Positions 1 to 10,120 of a DNA stretch of 64,000 bases are shown in pieces. Position 1 is the first letter of the stretch, and every line of letters begins with the position of its first letter. This stretch comes from Sedimentisphaerales bacterium. Its GTDB lineage: Bacteria > Planctomycetota > Phycisphaerae > Sedimentisphaerales > SM23-30. The stretch covers positions 45,089-109,088 of the forward strand of contig CAXXFK010000036.1 in the NCBI GenBank assembly GCA_963663965.2. Direction: 5' to 3'. The notes beneath the pieces were generated by a model. The model was not told the DNA's origin. It searched no databases and saw only the letters and a program-made list of their open reading frames with translations. The position numbers were made by a program, and so were the translations under genes.

Positions 1-2
1 AT

Positions 3-752
3 TTCGCGTTGCATGGTCTGGCCCGTCAATTAGAAACGCTTCAGGTATTGAAGCAGCAGTGTCAGCAGGACATAACGATCCGGGTAGTCGCCAGTATGTA
101 CGATGTGAGAACGAAACTGGCGCGTGAGGTATTGAATGAACTCCGTAAGAATTTTTCAACATATCTCAGTCAGACCGTTGTGAATTTTAATACGAAATTG
201 AAGGAAGCCGCCAGTTTTGGTCAGCCCATCAGTGAGTATGATCCAGCCAGTAAAGGGATGAAGGATTTTATGACGCTGGCTTCCGAAATAAGCTCGATCC
301 AGGCCGATACCGAGCGGATCGGCAGTGTGTCGGCGATTGAGCAGCAGCTGAAGAAAATCAGCCGGACGGCCGATCAATTGTTGAGCGAGTCAAGGCGCAC
401 GATTGGTGAAATGCCTGTGACAGAGCGTGAAACGAAGAAAACCATGACGCTCCAGGAAAAGATCGATTATTTTTATGGGGTACGTAAGGAAGGGGACCGA
501 ATCCGGTTTATGGCGCTTTATCCGAATGCCAAAGAGGTCTGTCTTGCGGGTGATTTCAACGGCTGGCAGCCTGAGAAAACCCAGTTAAAGTCCATGGATG
601 AGAAGGGACGCTGGGCCGTCGATTTACCACTGGATAGCGGCACCTACCGTTACCGTTATGTTGTCGATGGGCGCTGGCAGCAGGATCCGTATAATGAATC
701 GGTTGAGCAAAATGAATTTGGCGAATATAACTCACTGGTAGAGGTGCAATAA
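3..752 (+). CDS. ParA/Soj-family ATPase (5'-truncated by window edge) with C-terminal CBM48/AMPK-beta-type glycogen-binding domain
   Basis: Soj-like C-terminal motifs (SMYDVRTKLAREVL, NTKLKEAASFGQPISEYDP), then a linker and a CBM48 signature (V-LAGDFNGW, YRYRYVVDGRW-DPYN, NEFGEYNS). The frame is open to the window start. Confidence 0.88.
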   Translation, partial: FALHGLARQLETLQVLKQQCQQDITIRVVASMYDVRTKLAREVLNELRKNFSTYLSQTVVNFNTKLKEAASFGQPISEYDPASKGMKDFMTLASEISSIQADTERIGSVSAIEQQLKKISRTADQLLSESRRTIGEMPVTERETKKTMTLQEKIDYFYGVRKEGDRIRFMALYPNAKEVCLAGDFNGWQPEKTQLKSMDEKGRWAVDLPLDSGTYRYRYVVDGRWQQDPYNESVEQNEFGEYNSLVEVQ

Positions 753-753
753 G

Positions 754-2325
754 ATGTCCCCCCCTGATCCGGCTGAAAAGGGCAAGCGAGGCATCGACTC
801 GATTGCCCATTTGTTTTTATCGCAAAATAATTCATCGCAGTCCCGTCCACCGGTTCATCGCAAGCCGCCTCAGGTAGAAGACCATAAAACGCCCCAGCAT
901 CATCCAGGATTGGATGAGGATGACGCTTCGGAACCGGCGCCGGCGGAAATATTGATCAGCGCTCATTTGAGGCATCCGGTGCGTAAAGCGGGATTGTACG
1001 CCGCATATTTAACGCGTCGCGGGGACGATATCCGGTTGGTGAACGTCGACAGCTATGAAGCGGCCTTGATCAAACTGGAATCGCTTTCCAGTCAGCCGCG
1101 GGATGACTGGGATCATCCGGGTCTGAAGGATTCGTTGGTTCTGTGCGAAACGGAAGATATTCAAAACTGCCTGATTCCTACCCTGGTTGAAGCGGCCTAT
1201 GACTGCGATAATTTATTGATCAATATTGATCCTTCGTTTATGAATAAGACGGCTGAATTAATGGCCAGTTTCAGTCATATCACCATTCTGACCGAATGTT
1301 CAAAGGACAGTATCATCGAAACCTACCAAGCGGTCAAAAAATGGTCTTCTTATCTGCGTTCCGATCAGGAGTTGGGGTTGTTTATCTGCGAGGCTCCCGA
1401 TAATGAGACGGCGGATGAGGTCTACTATAAAATAGCGGATACGACCCGGCAGTTTCTCAAAAAGGTTATCGTGCCGGCCGGGTGTCATGTCGTACCCGGC
1501 AGTTACGACGATGAGTTCGAAGAGGTGGCTGAGGTTGAAGCCGAACAGGGGACGATTGTGTCAGATGCTGAGGAATCAGTCAGGGCAGAGGGCACGATCC
1601 CCATTCAGCCGGCTATCAATGAATCGCATCTGGAGGAACTGGCCTCAATCGTGGAACCGGTTTTGGGAAATGAACCTGAGGATCACGCGGAGAACCCCGG
1701 AACATTGGATGCTGAAATGAATGAGAACCCTTCCGCAGAGATAGGGACAGAGCCGAACTCCAATCAAACAGCCTCACAGGAGCAGGTGACTATGTATACT
1801 CCGTTGGAAATATCCCAATCCAGAAACGAAAGCCATCAGGCGCCGCCGAAGTTATTCCCCGCGGTCTATGCCCCGGTGTCATTACATAAATTGCCCGGAG
1901 ACGACCGGGAACTGTTGCAGGTCTTACAGAACAGTCTGGCCCAGTGGCTGGTGACGATACCGGGGGCGCTGCCGGTGCCCTTGCCTGATTTTGGTCAGTT
2001 TGAACAACCGGCGTTGCTGCTGCTGGATGGGGCGGGGCGTTTTCATGTTCTGGCCGCGACGTTGTCGAGCCAGATCGGCTTGCTGGAGTCCGCCCTGGAA
2101 TATCGCCAGTGGTTTTTAAAAAATCGAATGGGATTGATGCGGATGTTCCAGCAACTGCAATTTAATCCGGGCACTGAACCGGGTATCATCCTGATCAAGC
2201 CCTCTTATAGCGAGAACCAGAAAACGGCCGCCCGTTCATTGCCGGCCATGACCTGTCAATTGATGAGTCTGTGCTTTTTTGAAATGGGAGAGAATAAGGG
2301 CATGCTTGTAACCCCCTTATCGTGA
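754..2325 (+). CDS. Hypothetical protein: degenerate FlhG/MinD-like domain, acidic linker, possible degenerate PD-(D/E)XK-like C-terminal domain
   Basis: 523 aa ORF starting 1 nt after the ParA stop. ITILTECSKDSIIETYQAVK...ADEVYYKIADTTRQFL resembles the FlhG C-terminal half. No Walker A motif is visible. Confidence 0.55.
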   Translation: MSPPDPAEKGKRGIDSIAHLFLSQNNSSQSRPPVHRKPPQVEDHKTPQHHPGLDEDDASEPAPAEILISAHLRHPVRKAGLYAAYLTRRGDDIRLVNVDSYEAALIKLESLSSQPRDDWDHPGLKDSLVLCETEDIQNCLIPTLVEAAYDCDNLLINIDPSFMNKTAELMASFSHITILTECSKDSIIETYQAVKKWSSYLRSDQELGLFICEAPDNETADEVYYKIADTTRQFLKKVIVPAGCHVVPGSYDDEFEEVAEVEAEQGTIVSDAEESVRAEGTIPIQPAINESHLEELASIVEPVLGNEPEDHAENPGTLDAEMNENPSAEIGTEPNSNQTASQEQVTMYTPLEISQSRNESHQAPPKLFPAVYAPVSLHKLPGDDRELLQVLQNSLAQWLVTIPGALPVPLPDFGQFEQPALLLLDGAGRFHVLAATLSSQIGLLESALEYRQWFLKNRMGLMRMFQQLQFNPGTEPGIILIKPSYSENQKTAARSLPAMTCQLMSLCFFEMGENKGMLVTPLS

Positions 2326-2384
2326 TTGCAGCCGATTTCGGTAGGGAGACACAATTAAAAGCAACGGTTTGTGTTGCGGTCCGG

Positions 2385-5300
2385 TTAATTTTTACGGAGC
2401 AGTATTATCCAGTCTGCTGATGGTTCGGAAGGGGGATTTCCCAGCGAGACCAGTTTGCCAGCCTTAATGGTTTTAATGGAGCCATTCTGCAAAGGGCCTC
2501 CTGTTCGGGGATTATACCATTTTACGAAAAAACGTCCGGTCGCATTGGTCAGATCCAGTTGAGTCGTATCTCCATTGGGCAGGTAAACGACATAAACGTT
2601 ATTGGGTTGCGCCAGGCAATATTTTTCATTGGAATGGGCCTCATTGCCGATTAACGGGTCCGCATTGGTCATCTGCCAGAACGGGATATGGTTATTATGG
2701 AAGAAATCCAAGGCAATCCGGCAGTAATCCCAGGATTGGTCACGGCTGCGGTAGTCTTCACAGACCAGATCACTCTGAGGCAACTGGTAACCGAAGTAGT
2801 ATTCCACCCCGGCGCCACCGGCCATTAAATTGCCCCAGAGGGTGGCTTTACGGATATCATCGATTGACTGGACTTTGGCGCCATCTTTTCTGGTACCCTT
2901 ATAGCCCTGATAGCCCATATCCGGGGGCACACCGGTATCGGCGCCATTTTGTTCATCGTTGGCAACCACCCAGGGCCGGTTGGCGGCAGCCGATTCTGTG
3001 ACCCACTTGAGTGTCCGTTGATGAACGGCGTTCCAACTGTTTTGGAGCGAGGCGCCGGTCAGGCGGGACCGGTCGCCTAATAAGGGCGGGTAGACTTTGT
3101 CCTGCTGATCGGGATAGGTATGAATGACGATTGGGTGGTGATAAGGATCGAGGGCGGCAATATAATCCGCCATCGCGTTGATTTCGTCCGTTGTCTGGGT
3201 GTTTTCTTCGCCGATATTCCAGTTGAGAGCCAGGTTATGAGCAAAACGCGCGATCAATTCCCGGCAATACAGTTTGCGTTCCGGGCCGAGTTTGCCGCCG
3301 TCCAGTGATTCGGGTACATTTGCCGGCCCGTTCTGACCGCGCCGGTTATCGTCGATTTCGGTTTCCTGTAATTTGAAGTGCAGATACAATCCTCTGGCTG
3401 TGGCATGGTCAAATACCATTCCCCACTGATCCAGCTTGGAGCAATCGTAATGCATTTTATCCTCCCGCGCCACAAAGGGCCAGACATTGTCGCCATCGCC
3501 TCCGGCGTTATAGGGCAAAAAGGAAAAGGCGTTGAGGCCTTTGCCGGCCAGATAATTCAGGGCGCCGATCAAGCCCTTGCCTTTATCCTGCTTCCAGGTG
3601 GGATCGCCCGGTTGCCAGTCGGCAATATGGGGTTGCCAGGTTTTCAGAGGGGCAGATGGCTTGCGGGCCTGGGTATTGTCAAAATCGGCATAAGCCAGCA
3701 GGGTTTCAGGGGCGTCGGGACCGGCCTTGAGGAAATAATCTTTGGAACCGGCAAACTGCAGGTAATGCTTGCCCACATAATCCAATCTGCCCAGGGCACG
3801 GAAGTCAGGGGCGGTTTTGTCGCTGGCGGTGACTTGAAAACGACCTGTCAGGCCATCATACGGTTTTTGGGGTTTGCCGCCGCCATCGAGAGCGACTTTA
3901 TCGCCTTTGGTGAACGATATTACGTAGGTCCACCGGCCGGGTTTGTCGGGCGCCAGATGCGCGCGCCAACAAGTCCCTGAAACGGCAGAACTGTTAGCGG
4001 CATTGCCATCAGCGGCAAAATAGCCCGGTATCTGATAGGAAGGTGAACCGGATTCATGGGTGAAAGTGACGGTCAGGTTGTAATCGGTAAAGGGGTTGGG
4101 GTTGTTATCCTGTTCACGCGCGGATGGGCCGGCAAGATTGAGTGTTACTTTGTGCCATTGTCTGAGTTGACCGGAAATGGTTACCTGACTGTTACTGTCA
4201 GGTAATTGTTGTGAAGGTGGGGGAATGACCGGCTGGGTTTTTACGGTCTTATCTTCAGCGGCGGCATCTTTATCCAGATTCATCTGGATCCAGTTGGCCA
4301 GGGTGGAACTGCCCATGCCGTAGCCTCCGGGCAATTCACGCAGATCGCGCGTTTGAATTTTAGGAGGATCGCCCCAATGTTCAGGATACTTCTTTTCAGG
4401 TTGCGGGTAGGGAGGTTGTGTTTCAAAATCGGATTGATTGACCCAGCCGGCTTTGATTGGTTCGCCATTCATGTAGCGTTCATAGAAATTCCGTTGTGCC
4501 GGATAAGCAACGGGATACTGATCGAAAACCTCGCCGTGACCCAATACCCGTGGGTCTTCCTGTTCGGTCAGTTTCGCAGTCAGCCAGTCGCTCATTTCGG
4601 TGCGACGCCGGGTATATTGAGGATTATCCGCTAAATTTTTGACGCAATCGGGATCGATTTTCAGATTGTAAAGTTCTTCAAGCGGGCGTTTGCCAAAGTT
4701 CAATGCCCAGAACGGATCGGACCGATTTTTACGGTGCGCATCCAGGATGAAGGTTTTGGTGGGGCTGCCATCGGTATTCAGATAGCCGGTTTCGGGATTG
4801 CCGGCCGGCCAGCGATCCGGCTCCCAGTTGTGCAGATATAGAAAGTCATTACGAATCAGGCCACGGATGGGATAGCCTGCATCATTGGGCCGGCCTACGT
4901 CGTGCCGTTCTTTGCCAATCAGCATATAATCCCGTCCGGGTTCGATCTGGCCGGATTGACTGCTGGTTAGAATCGGGAGCAGGCTTTGGCCGGTTATGGC
5001 CGCCATACCGCTATTTTGCTGAGATAAGCCGGTGACGGCGAGGAACGTCGGGGCCAGATCCACAAAACTGACATAATCGTTGACCGTGCGGCCGGGGTGA
5101 GTGATGCCTTTGGGCCAGCGGATTGCCAGCGGAATATGATTGGAGGCCAGATAGGCCTGACCCTTGACGCGGGGAAAGGGCATGCCGTGGTCGGAGGTGA
5201 AAACCACCAGGGTGTTGTCAAGCTGACCACGTTTTTTTAATTCCGCCAGCATCATCTGGAGGTGCCGGTCTACGTGTTCTACTTCGAAGGCATAATCCAG

Positions 5301-5969
5301 CATGTCCGTACGTACCGTTTCGTTGTCGGGCCAGTAATCGGGAACATGGTCTACCTGATCCAGGTTTTTGTCACCTTTGTTGATCCCTGATCCATATTCA
5401 TATCCCCGATGCGGTTCGTAGGCGCCGAACCAGAAAAACCATGGCTGGTCTTTGGGGGCGGCGTCGAGAAAATCTTTGAAATTGGCGGTGTAGTCATTAT
5501 TGCTAATGCCACGAGCCGGCGGGGTAGCGGTTCGAGATTGATAGGGTTGGCCGCAAAGCTGACGGGGTTTATCATTGGCATCGTTAGCAATTCCCGGGGC
5601 CCATCCTTTGCCGGTGGCGCCGACGAAATAGCCGTGTTCGATGAGGGCTTCGGGGAAACTTTTGAATTCGGCCGGGAAAAATGGCTGATGGTTGGCGGCC
5701 GCGCGCAATTGCCAGGAATAGCGTCCGGTCAGGATAATCGCGCGTGATGGGGCGCACTTGGCGTTAGGCGTGAAGGCATTGGCGAATAACACCCCTTCGC
5801 GCGCCAGGCGGTCAAAGGCGGGGGTCTTGATCCAGGGAGTTGTGCCATAGGCTCCAGCGTGGCAACCCCAGTCATCGGCTATGGCGAACAGGATATTGGG
5901 TTGTTCGGAGGCATGGCTGAAAGCGCAAGAGATTCCGGTTAACATGCCAATATACAGCCATTTATACAT
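2385..5969 (-). CDS. Secreted sulfatase fused to DUF5060-like, GH-like TIM-barrel and C-terminal beta-sandwich modules
   Basis: Signal peptide, [10 protein letters not shown], formylglycine motif [11 protein letters not shown] and FTSDHG. The second half has WHKVTL..NPF, WNIGEEN, VVANDEQ and KWYNPRTG. Confidence 0.85.
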   Translation of the reverse strand: MYKWLYIGMLTGISCAFSHASEQPNILFAIADDWGCHAGAYGTTPWIKTPAFDRLAREGVLFANAFTPNAKCAPSRAIILTGRYSWQLRAAANHQPFFPAEFKSFPEALIEHGYFVGATGKGWAPGIANDANDKPRQLCGQPYQSRTATPPARGISNNDYTANFKDFLDAAPKDQPWFFWFGAYEPHRGYEYGSGINKGDKNLDQVDHVPDYWPDNETVRTDMLDYAFEVEHVDRHLQMMLAELKKRGQLDNTLVVFTSDHGMPFPRVKGQAYLASNHIPLAIRWPKGITHPGRTVNDYVSFVDLAPTFLAVTGLSQQNSGMAAITGQSLLPILTSSQSGQIEPGRDYMLIGKERHDVGRPNDAGYPIRGLIRNDFLYLHNWEPDRWPAGNPETGYLNTDGSPTKTFILDAHRKNRSDPFWALNFGKRPLEELYNLKIDPDCVKNLADNPQYTRRRTEMSDWLTAKLTEQEDPRVLGHGEVFDQYPVAYPAQRNFYERYMNGEPIKAGWVNQSDFETQPPYPQPEKKYPEHWGDPPKIQTRDLRELPGGYGMGSSTLANWIQMNLDKDAAAEDKTVKTQPVIPPPSQQLPDSNSQVTISGQLRQWHKVTLNLAGPSAREQDNNPNPFTDYNLTVTFTHESGSPSYQIPGYFAADGNAANSSAVSGTCWRAHLAPDKPGRWTYVISFTKGDKVALDGGGKPQKPYDGLTGRFQVTASDKTAPDFRALGRLDYVGKHYLQFAGSKDYFLKAGPDAPETLLAYADFDNTQARKPSAPLKTWQPHIADWQPGDPTWKQDKGKGLIGALNYLAGKGLNAFSFLPYNAGGDGDNVWPFVAREDKMHYDCSKLDQWGMVFDHATARGLYLHFKLQETEIDDNRRGQNGPANVPESLDGGKLGPERKLYCRELIARFAHNLALNWNIGEENTQTTDEINAMADYIAALDPYHHPIVIHTYPDQQDKVYPPLLGDRSRLTGASLQNSWNAVHQRTLKWVTESAAANRPWVVANDEQNGADTGVPPDMGYQGYKGTRKDGAKVQSIDDIRKATLWGNLMAGGAGVEYYFGYQLPQSDLVCEDYRSRDQSWDYCRIALDFFHNNHIPFWQMTNADPLIGNEAHSNEKYCLAQPNNVYVVYLPNGDTTQLDLTNATGRFFVKWYNPRTGGPLQNGSIKTIKAGKLVSLGNPPSEPSADWIILLRKN

Positions 5970-6275
5970 AACTATTCTCCTGAATGGGAGGTAAGTGTTT
6001 CTGTTTCAATCGATTACACAATATGTAAGAGACCGGATTGGATAGGCGTTGACCGGTCGTCAGGAAAGATTGCTATAACAGATATCCAAGAAACGAGTTC
6101 GTTTTTATTTTATTGCCGGATTGTCTGGTTAGCAACGATGCAAGGATGTTCAGTTGCCGTAAACTGAATCATTGAAATCGAAAATAATTTGATATTCAAA
6201 GCGGGAATCAGCGTTTATAATTCAGGTTACATTTGAGATTTGATGTCAAACAGGTTAGCAGGCAATAAGATTATA

Positions 6276-6436
6276 GGGCACCTCTAATAATTCATTCAGG
6301 GCTGCAAGCGATCTGATTTTCCTCTGGACTGCGTCACAAAAAACCGTGAATATTGACGAATATGCCCGGTTCTTTGTTCCTTGCCAGAGAAAAATCAACC
6401 TCGCTTTCGCCTCTAAAGCCATTATTAGAGATACCC
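6276..6436. mobile_element. MITE-like non-autonomous element (~161 bp)
   Basis: Terminal inverted repeats GGGCACCTCTAATAAT vs reverse complement GGGTATCTCTAATAAT (14/16). The interior folds into a long hairpin (TGATTTTCCTCTGG/CCAGAGAAAAATCA; ACAAAAAACCG/CGGTTCTTTGT). Confidence 0.65.
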
Positions 6437-6478
6437 AATATTATTTGATCAAGAAAATCAGAAAATCGGAGAGTAAGA

Positions 6479-7810
6479 ATGAAAAAGCCCCGTCTTGTTC
6501 CATTAATGATTTTTATCCTGACCTTCGTTTTACTGCTGGGAGGTTTTGGCTTATATTACTGGGGGTACCGATCGAAGGAAATCTTGATGGCACAAGCTGA
6601 GAAAGCGGGCCTGGCTTTGACCCTGGAAGAGGTTGAAAACCGGTATCGGAAAGATGCGGCTAATGCCGCGGAATATTACGAGCAGGCGTTTGATCTGCAT
6701 CGGCAATGGATCGAGGCGCACGATGATTTGTCAATAAAGGCGTTGAGTATTCCCGCGGACCGGTACAAAACAGCCGAAGAGAATGAGTCGGAAGCCCAGG
6801 CGGTTTATACCCGTTATGTCAGGGATAATCCGGAAATCCTGGACCTGTTTCGAACTGCCGCGAAAATGAAGTATTGTTATTTTAGTCTGGAAACGACCCG
6901 TGAAGACCCGCTAACGACAGTTAGTTACCTGGGGCCCCTGCGGGACTTTGCCAGCGTGATGTCGCGAGACGCCATCTGCGCCATCCGTTCAGGCAGGGTA
7001 GAACAGATGAGCGAATCTGTTGAAACCTTATTTCGTATTGGCCGGCATGTTATGGAACAACCCTTTTATCTCAGTCATTTAGTGGGAATCCGTATCCAGA
7101 ATCTGGGTATCAACACGATTGAAACAATACTGAATGAAATGCAGCTGGACGATGATTGTTTACACCGTCTTAGTGAACAGGTGGCAACGGTATATTGTGA
7201 AAGCGATTTACAGGATGCCATCCGATCTGAAACCGCCTGCGGCAAGGCCTATATTTTTGACTTCGACCGTTCCAGAATGCCTGGCTGGCTCTGGCATACC
7301 TATTCATTTGTTCAGGGACCGCAGGTGGCCTACCGGGATTATCTGACAGGAATGATCCGTTTATCGCATGCCGCGGAAGCGGCGTGGCCGGATAAACTGG
7401 ATAATGTTCGATCTCTTAAGGAAATTTATTCAACTCAGCAGAGCAGGTATTTCCCATCGCGTCTGGCTTCCATGGATTTTGATTTTAGCGATCATGAAAA
7501 AATATTTCTGTTCAATTTGAGTATTCTGGTCCGGCATACCCTGTGTCAGGCCGCACTGGCAGTAGAGAGGTATTCTAATCAACATAACGAATTGCCAAAA
7601 ACCCTGGATGAGTTAGTGCCCGAGTACCTGGAGCAGGTACCACAGGATTATTTTATTAAAGGTCAGGTTCCAATCTGTTATGAAGTAACTGAATCCGGAT
7701 ATGTGTTGTACAGTGTGTCAGCGGATGGTATCGCCAACGGCGGGCAGGAAATGGAGGGTCATTTTGACAGTGGAAGCGATCTGGTATTCCGGGTAAAAAG
7801 ACTTCGGTGA
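6479..7810 (+). CDS. Membrane-anchored hypothetical protein with pseudopilin (GspG)-like C-terminal motif
   Basis: N-terminal TM helix. C-terminal ALAVERY..LPKTLDELVPEYL..VPQDYF..YVLYSVSADG motif. Confidence 0.6.
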   Translation: MKKPRLVPLMIFILTFVLLLGGFGLYYWGYRSKEILMAQAEKAGLALTLEEVENRYRKDAANAAEYYEQAFDLHRQWIEAHDDLSIKALSIPADRYKTAEENESEAQAVYTRYVRDNPEILDLFRTAAKMKYCYFSLETTREDPLTTVSYLGPLRDFASVMSRDAICAIRSGRVEQMSESVETLFRIGRHVMEQPFYLSHLVGIRIQNLGINTIETILNEMQLDDDCLHRLSEQVATVYCESDLQDAIRSETACGKAYIFDFDRSRMPGWLWHTYSFVQGPQVAYRDYLTGMIRLSHAAEAAWPDKLDNVRSLKEIYSTQQSRYFPSRLASMDFDFSDHEKIFLFNLSILVRHTLCQAALAVERYSNQHNELPKTLDELVPEYLEQVPQDYFIKGQVPICYEVTESGYVLYSVSADGIANGGQEMEGHFDSGSDLVFRVKRLR

Positions 7811-7965
7811 TATGGTGGTGTTTTTTCGGGGGAAATGGTATTCATCTGGATGAATTGGCAAGGTTTTGGAGATGGAGACATGATTGACCCTGTGGATTAA
7901 CTGGATGGCTATGAGATGGACCGTTTGTTTATGGATAACTGCCTGATGATCGAGCAGGAGATACT

Positions 7966-10116
7966 ATGAGGTTTGTTGTTTTGTGTTTATTGGCGATGGG
8001 ATGGGGGGTGGCTGGTTGTCTGGGGGCTGAGGTTGAGGGGCGTGAGCCGCTGTACCGGGAGTCGTTGCGGCCGCAGTTTCATTTTACGGCGCGGTACTGG
8101 GATGAGTATCAGTTGAATCCGCCGAATCATCATGAGGGATGGATAAACGATCTGAACGGGCTGGTCTATAACCAGGGGGAATATCATCTGTTCGCACAGC
8201 GGTGGTGGTCGGCGTGGCTGCACGCGGTGAGCCGGGATCTGATCCACTGGGAGGAGATGCGGCCGGCGTTTGGGAAGGGCGGGCCGTTCGGTGGGACGCA
8301 GTCGGGGGGCGGGGTGGTGGATGTGCATAACTGTTCGGGATTGGGAAAGGGCGATGAACCACCGATGATCGCGTTCTGGAGCAGTACGGATAATTTGAAT
8401 CAGTGTATTTCGTATAGTCTGGACCGGGGGCGGACCTGGACGAAGTATGAGAAGAACCCGGTATTGGTGCATCCGTATCGTGATCCGCGGGTGTTCTGGT
8501 ATGAGCCGGATCAGAAGTGGGTATTGATCCTCTATGGGCCGTCGGATGAAGGGCGGCGGGTGTTGCGCTATGGTTTTAATGGGGAAGAGAATGATGCGCA
8601 TGATTTACGCGCGTACAATGATGAGCAGTGGATGGTATCGGTGGTACGAGTTTGCGCGGATGGTCAAGTCGTGGTGAACGATACGGAGGGGAGAAGCGAC
8701 GGGCGGATCGATATCGGCAGGCTGAATATCGGGACGGAGGCGTTTTATGTGGGGGCGAAGGCGAACGGTTCGGAGTATCTGAAAGGGGAGATTGGGGAGG
8801 TGCTGGTGTATGACCGGGTGTTGTCGGATGAGGAAACGGAATGGACGCTGGGCAGGTTGCGGACGAAGTGGGGATTGTGCGACGACAAAAGTGATGGCAA
8901 GCTGGTATCGGATGGGCTGGTGATGCATCTGGATGGGGGGGAAGGTGTGGTTGAAAATGGGGGGCGAGTGACCGGTTGGAGGGATTTGTCGGGATTGGGG
9001 CATGATGTGAAGGTGGCGGGGGACGGGGGTATGCCCGGATATATCGAAAATGGGTTGAATGGGCGGCCAGTGGTGCGGTTTGAGGGTGGGCAGGTATTAC
9101 GCGGACCGGCGGTGCTGGGGGAGGGAGATGATACGTTTACGATGGTGGCATTGTGGCGGCGGGACCGGGCGGATGGGTCGCAGGTGGTGTGTGAGCAGAA
9201 TATCGGGCGGCGTGAGGCCGGGCGGCGGACGGCGCTGTTGACGGTGTGCCGGGAGGAACGGGAGAATGTGTATCTGCTGTTTGAGTCGAGGAATCTGCTG
9301 GAGTGGAAGAAACTGGACAGTTCGATTCCGAACTCATTTGAGTGTCCGGATATGTTTGTGCTGCCGGTGGAAGGTGAGCGGGATCGGAAGGTGTGGGTGG
9401 TGATCGATGGGAATGGGGATTATGTGACGGGGCAGTTTGACGGCAAACAATTTACCGGCACCGCGCCGAAACGGAAAGGGGATTATGGGCGGAATTTTTA
9501 CGCGACGATGACCTTTGAGAATATGCCGAAGAGCGATCCGAGACGGATCCAACTGGCCTGGATGCGAGGGTGGGATGATTATCCCAAGACGATGCCGTTT
9601 AATCAGCAGGTCAGTTTTCCGTGCGAATTGACGTTGCGGCAGGTGGGAGAGGCGTTGGTGTTGTGCCGGTATCCGATCGATGAGATTAAGCGGCTTTACC
9701 GGGATACCTTCCGGTTGGAAAACCAGAGGCTGAGGCCGGGCGAGAATCCGCTGGCGGGGTTGGAAGGGGAGTTGTTTGATATTTCGATGACGGTGGATGT
9801 GGCGAAATCGAAGGCGTCGGCGCTGACGCTGCATATGCGGGGGAATGAGGTGCGCTATGATATCACGCGCGGGGTTTTAGCATCGGTGGGATCGGAGGTG
9901 GTTCTGACGCCGAGGGATGGGCTGGTTGAGATCCGGGTGTTGATGGACCGGTTATCGATTGAGAGCTATGGGAACCGGGGCGAGGTGTCGATTACGAATA
10001 TCGCCTATCAGCAGGATGGCCGGCCGGATCTGGCACTGGAGGCGGTGGGGGGTGAGGTTCGGATTGTGTCGCTGGTGTCTTGCAAGTTGGGATCGATGTG
10101 GGTATATGGAGGATGA
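7966..10116 (+). CDS. GH32 beta-fructosidase/levanase-like enzyme with inserted LamG-like domain
   Basis: Signal peptide and GH32 catalytic motifs WINDLNG, RDP and FECPD. C-terminal beta-sandwich (LMDRLSIESYGNRG). Confidence 0.85.
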   Translation: MRFVVLCLLAMGWGVAGCLGAEVEGREPLYRESLRPQFHFTARYWDEYQLNPPNHHEGWINDLNGLVYNQGEYHLFAQRWWSAWLHAVSRDLIHWEEMRPAFGKGGPFGGTQSGGGVVDVHNCSGLGKGDEPPMIAFWSSTDNLNQCISYSLDRGRTWTKYEKNPVLVHPYRDPRVFWYEPDQKWVLILYGPSDEGRRVLRYGFNGEENDAHDLRAYNDEQWMVSVVRVCADGQVVVNDTEGRSDGRIDIGRLNIGTEAFYVGAKANGSEYLKGEIGEVLVYDRVLSDEETEWTLGRLRTKWGLCDDKSDGKLVSDGLVMHLDGGEGVVENGGRVTGWRDLSGLGHDVKVAGDGGMPGYIENGLNGRPVVRFEGGQVLRGPAVLGEGDDTFTMVALWRRDRADGSQVVCEQNIGRREAGRRTALLTVCREERENVYLLFESRNLLEWKKLDSSIPNSFECPDMFVLPVEGERDRKVWVVIDGNGDYVTGQFDGKQFTGTAPKRKGDYGRNFYATMTFENMPKSDPRRIQLAWMRGWDDYPKTMPFNQQVSFPCELTLRQVGEALVLCRYPIDEIKRLYRDTFRLENQRLRPGENPLAGLEGELFDISMTVDVAKSKASALTLHMRGNEVRYDITRGVLASVGSEVVLTPRDGLVEIRVLMDRLSIESYGNRGEVSITNIAYQQDGRPDLALEAVGGEVRIVSLVSCKLGSMWVYGG

Positions 10117-10120
10117 CAGG

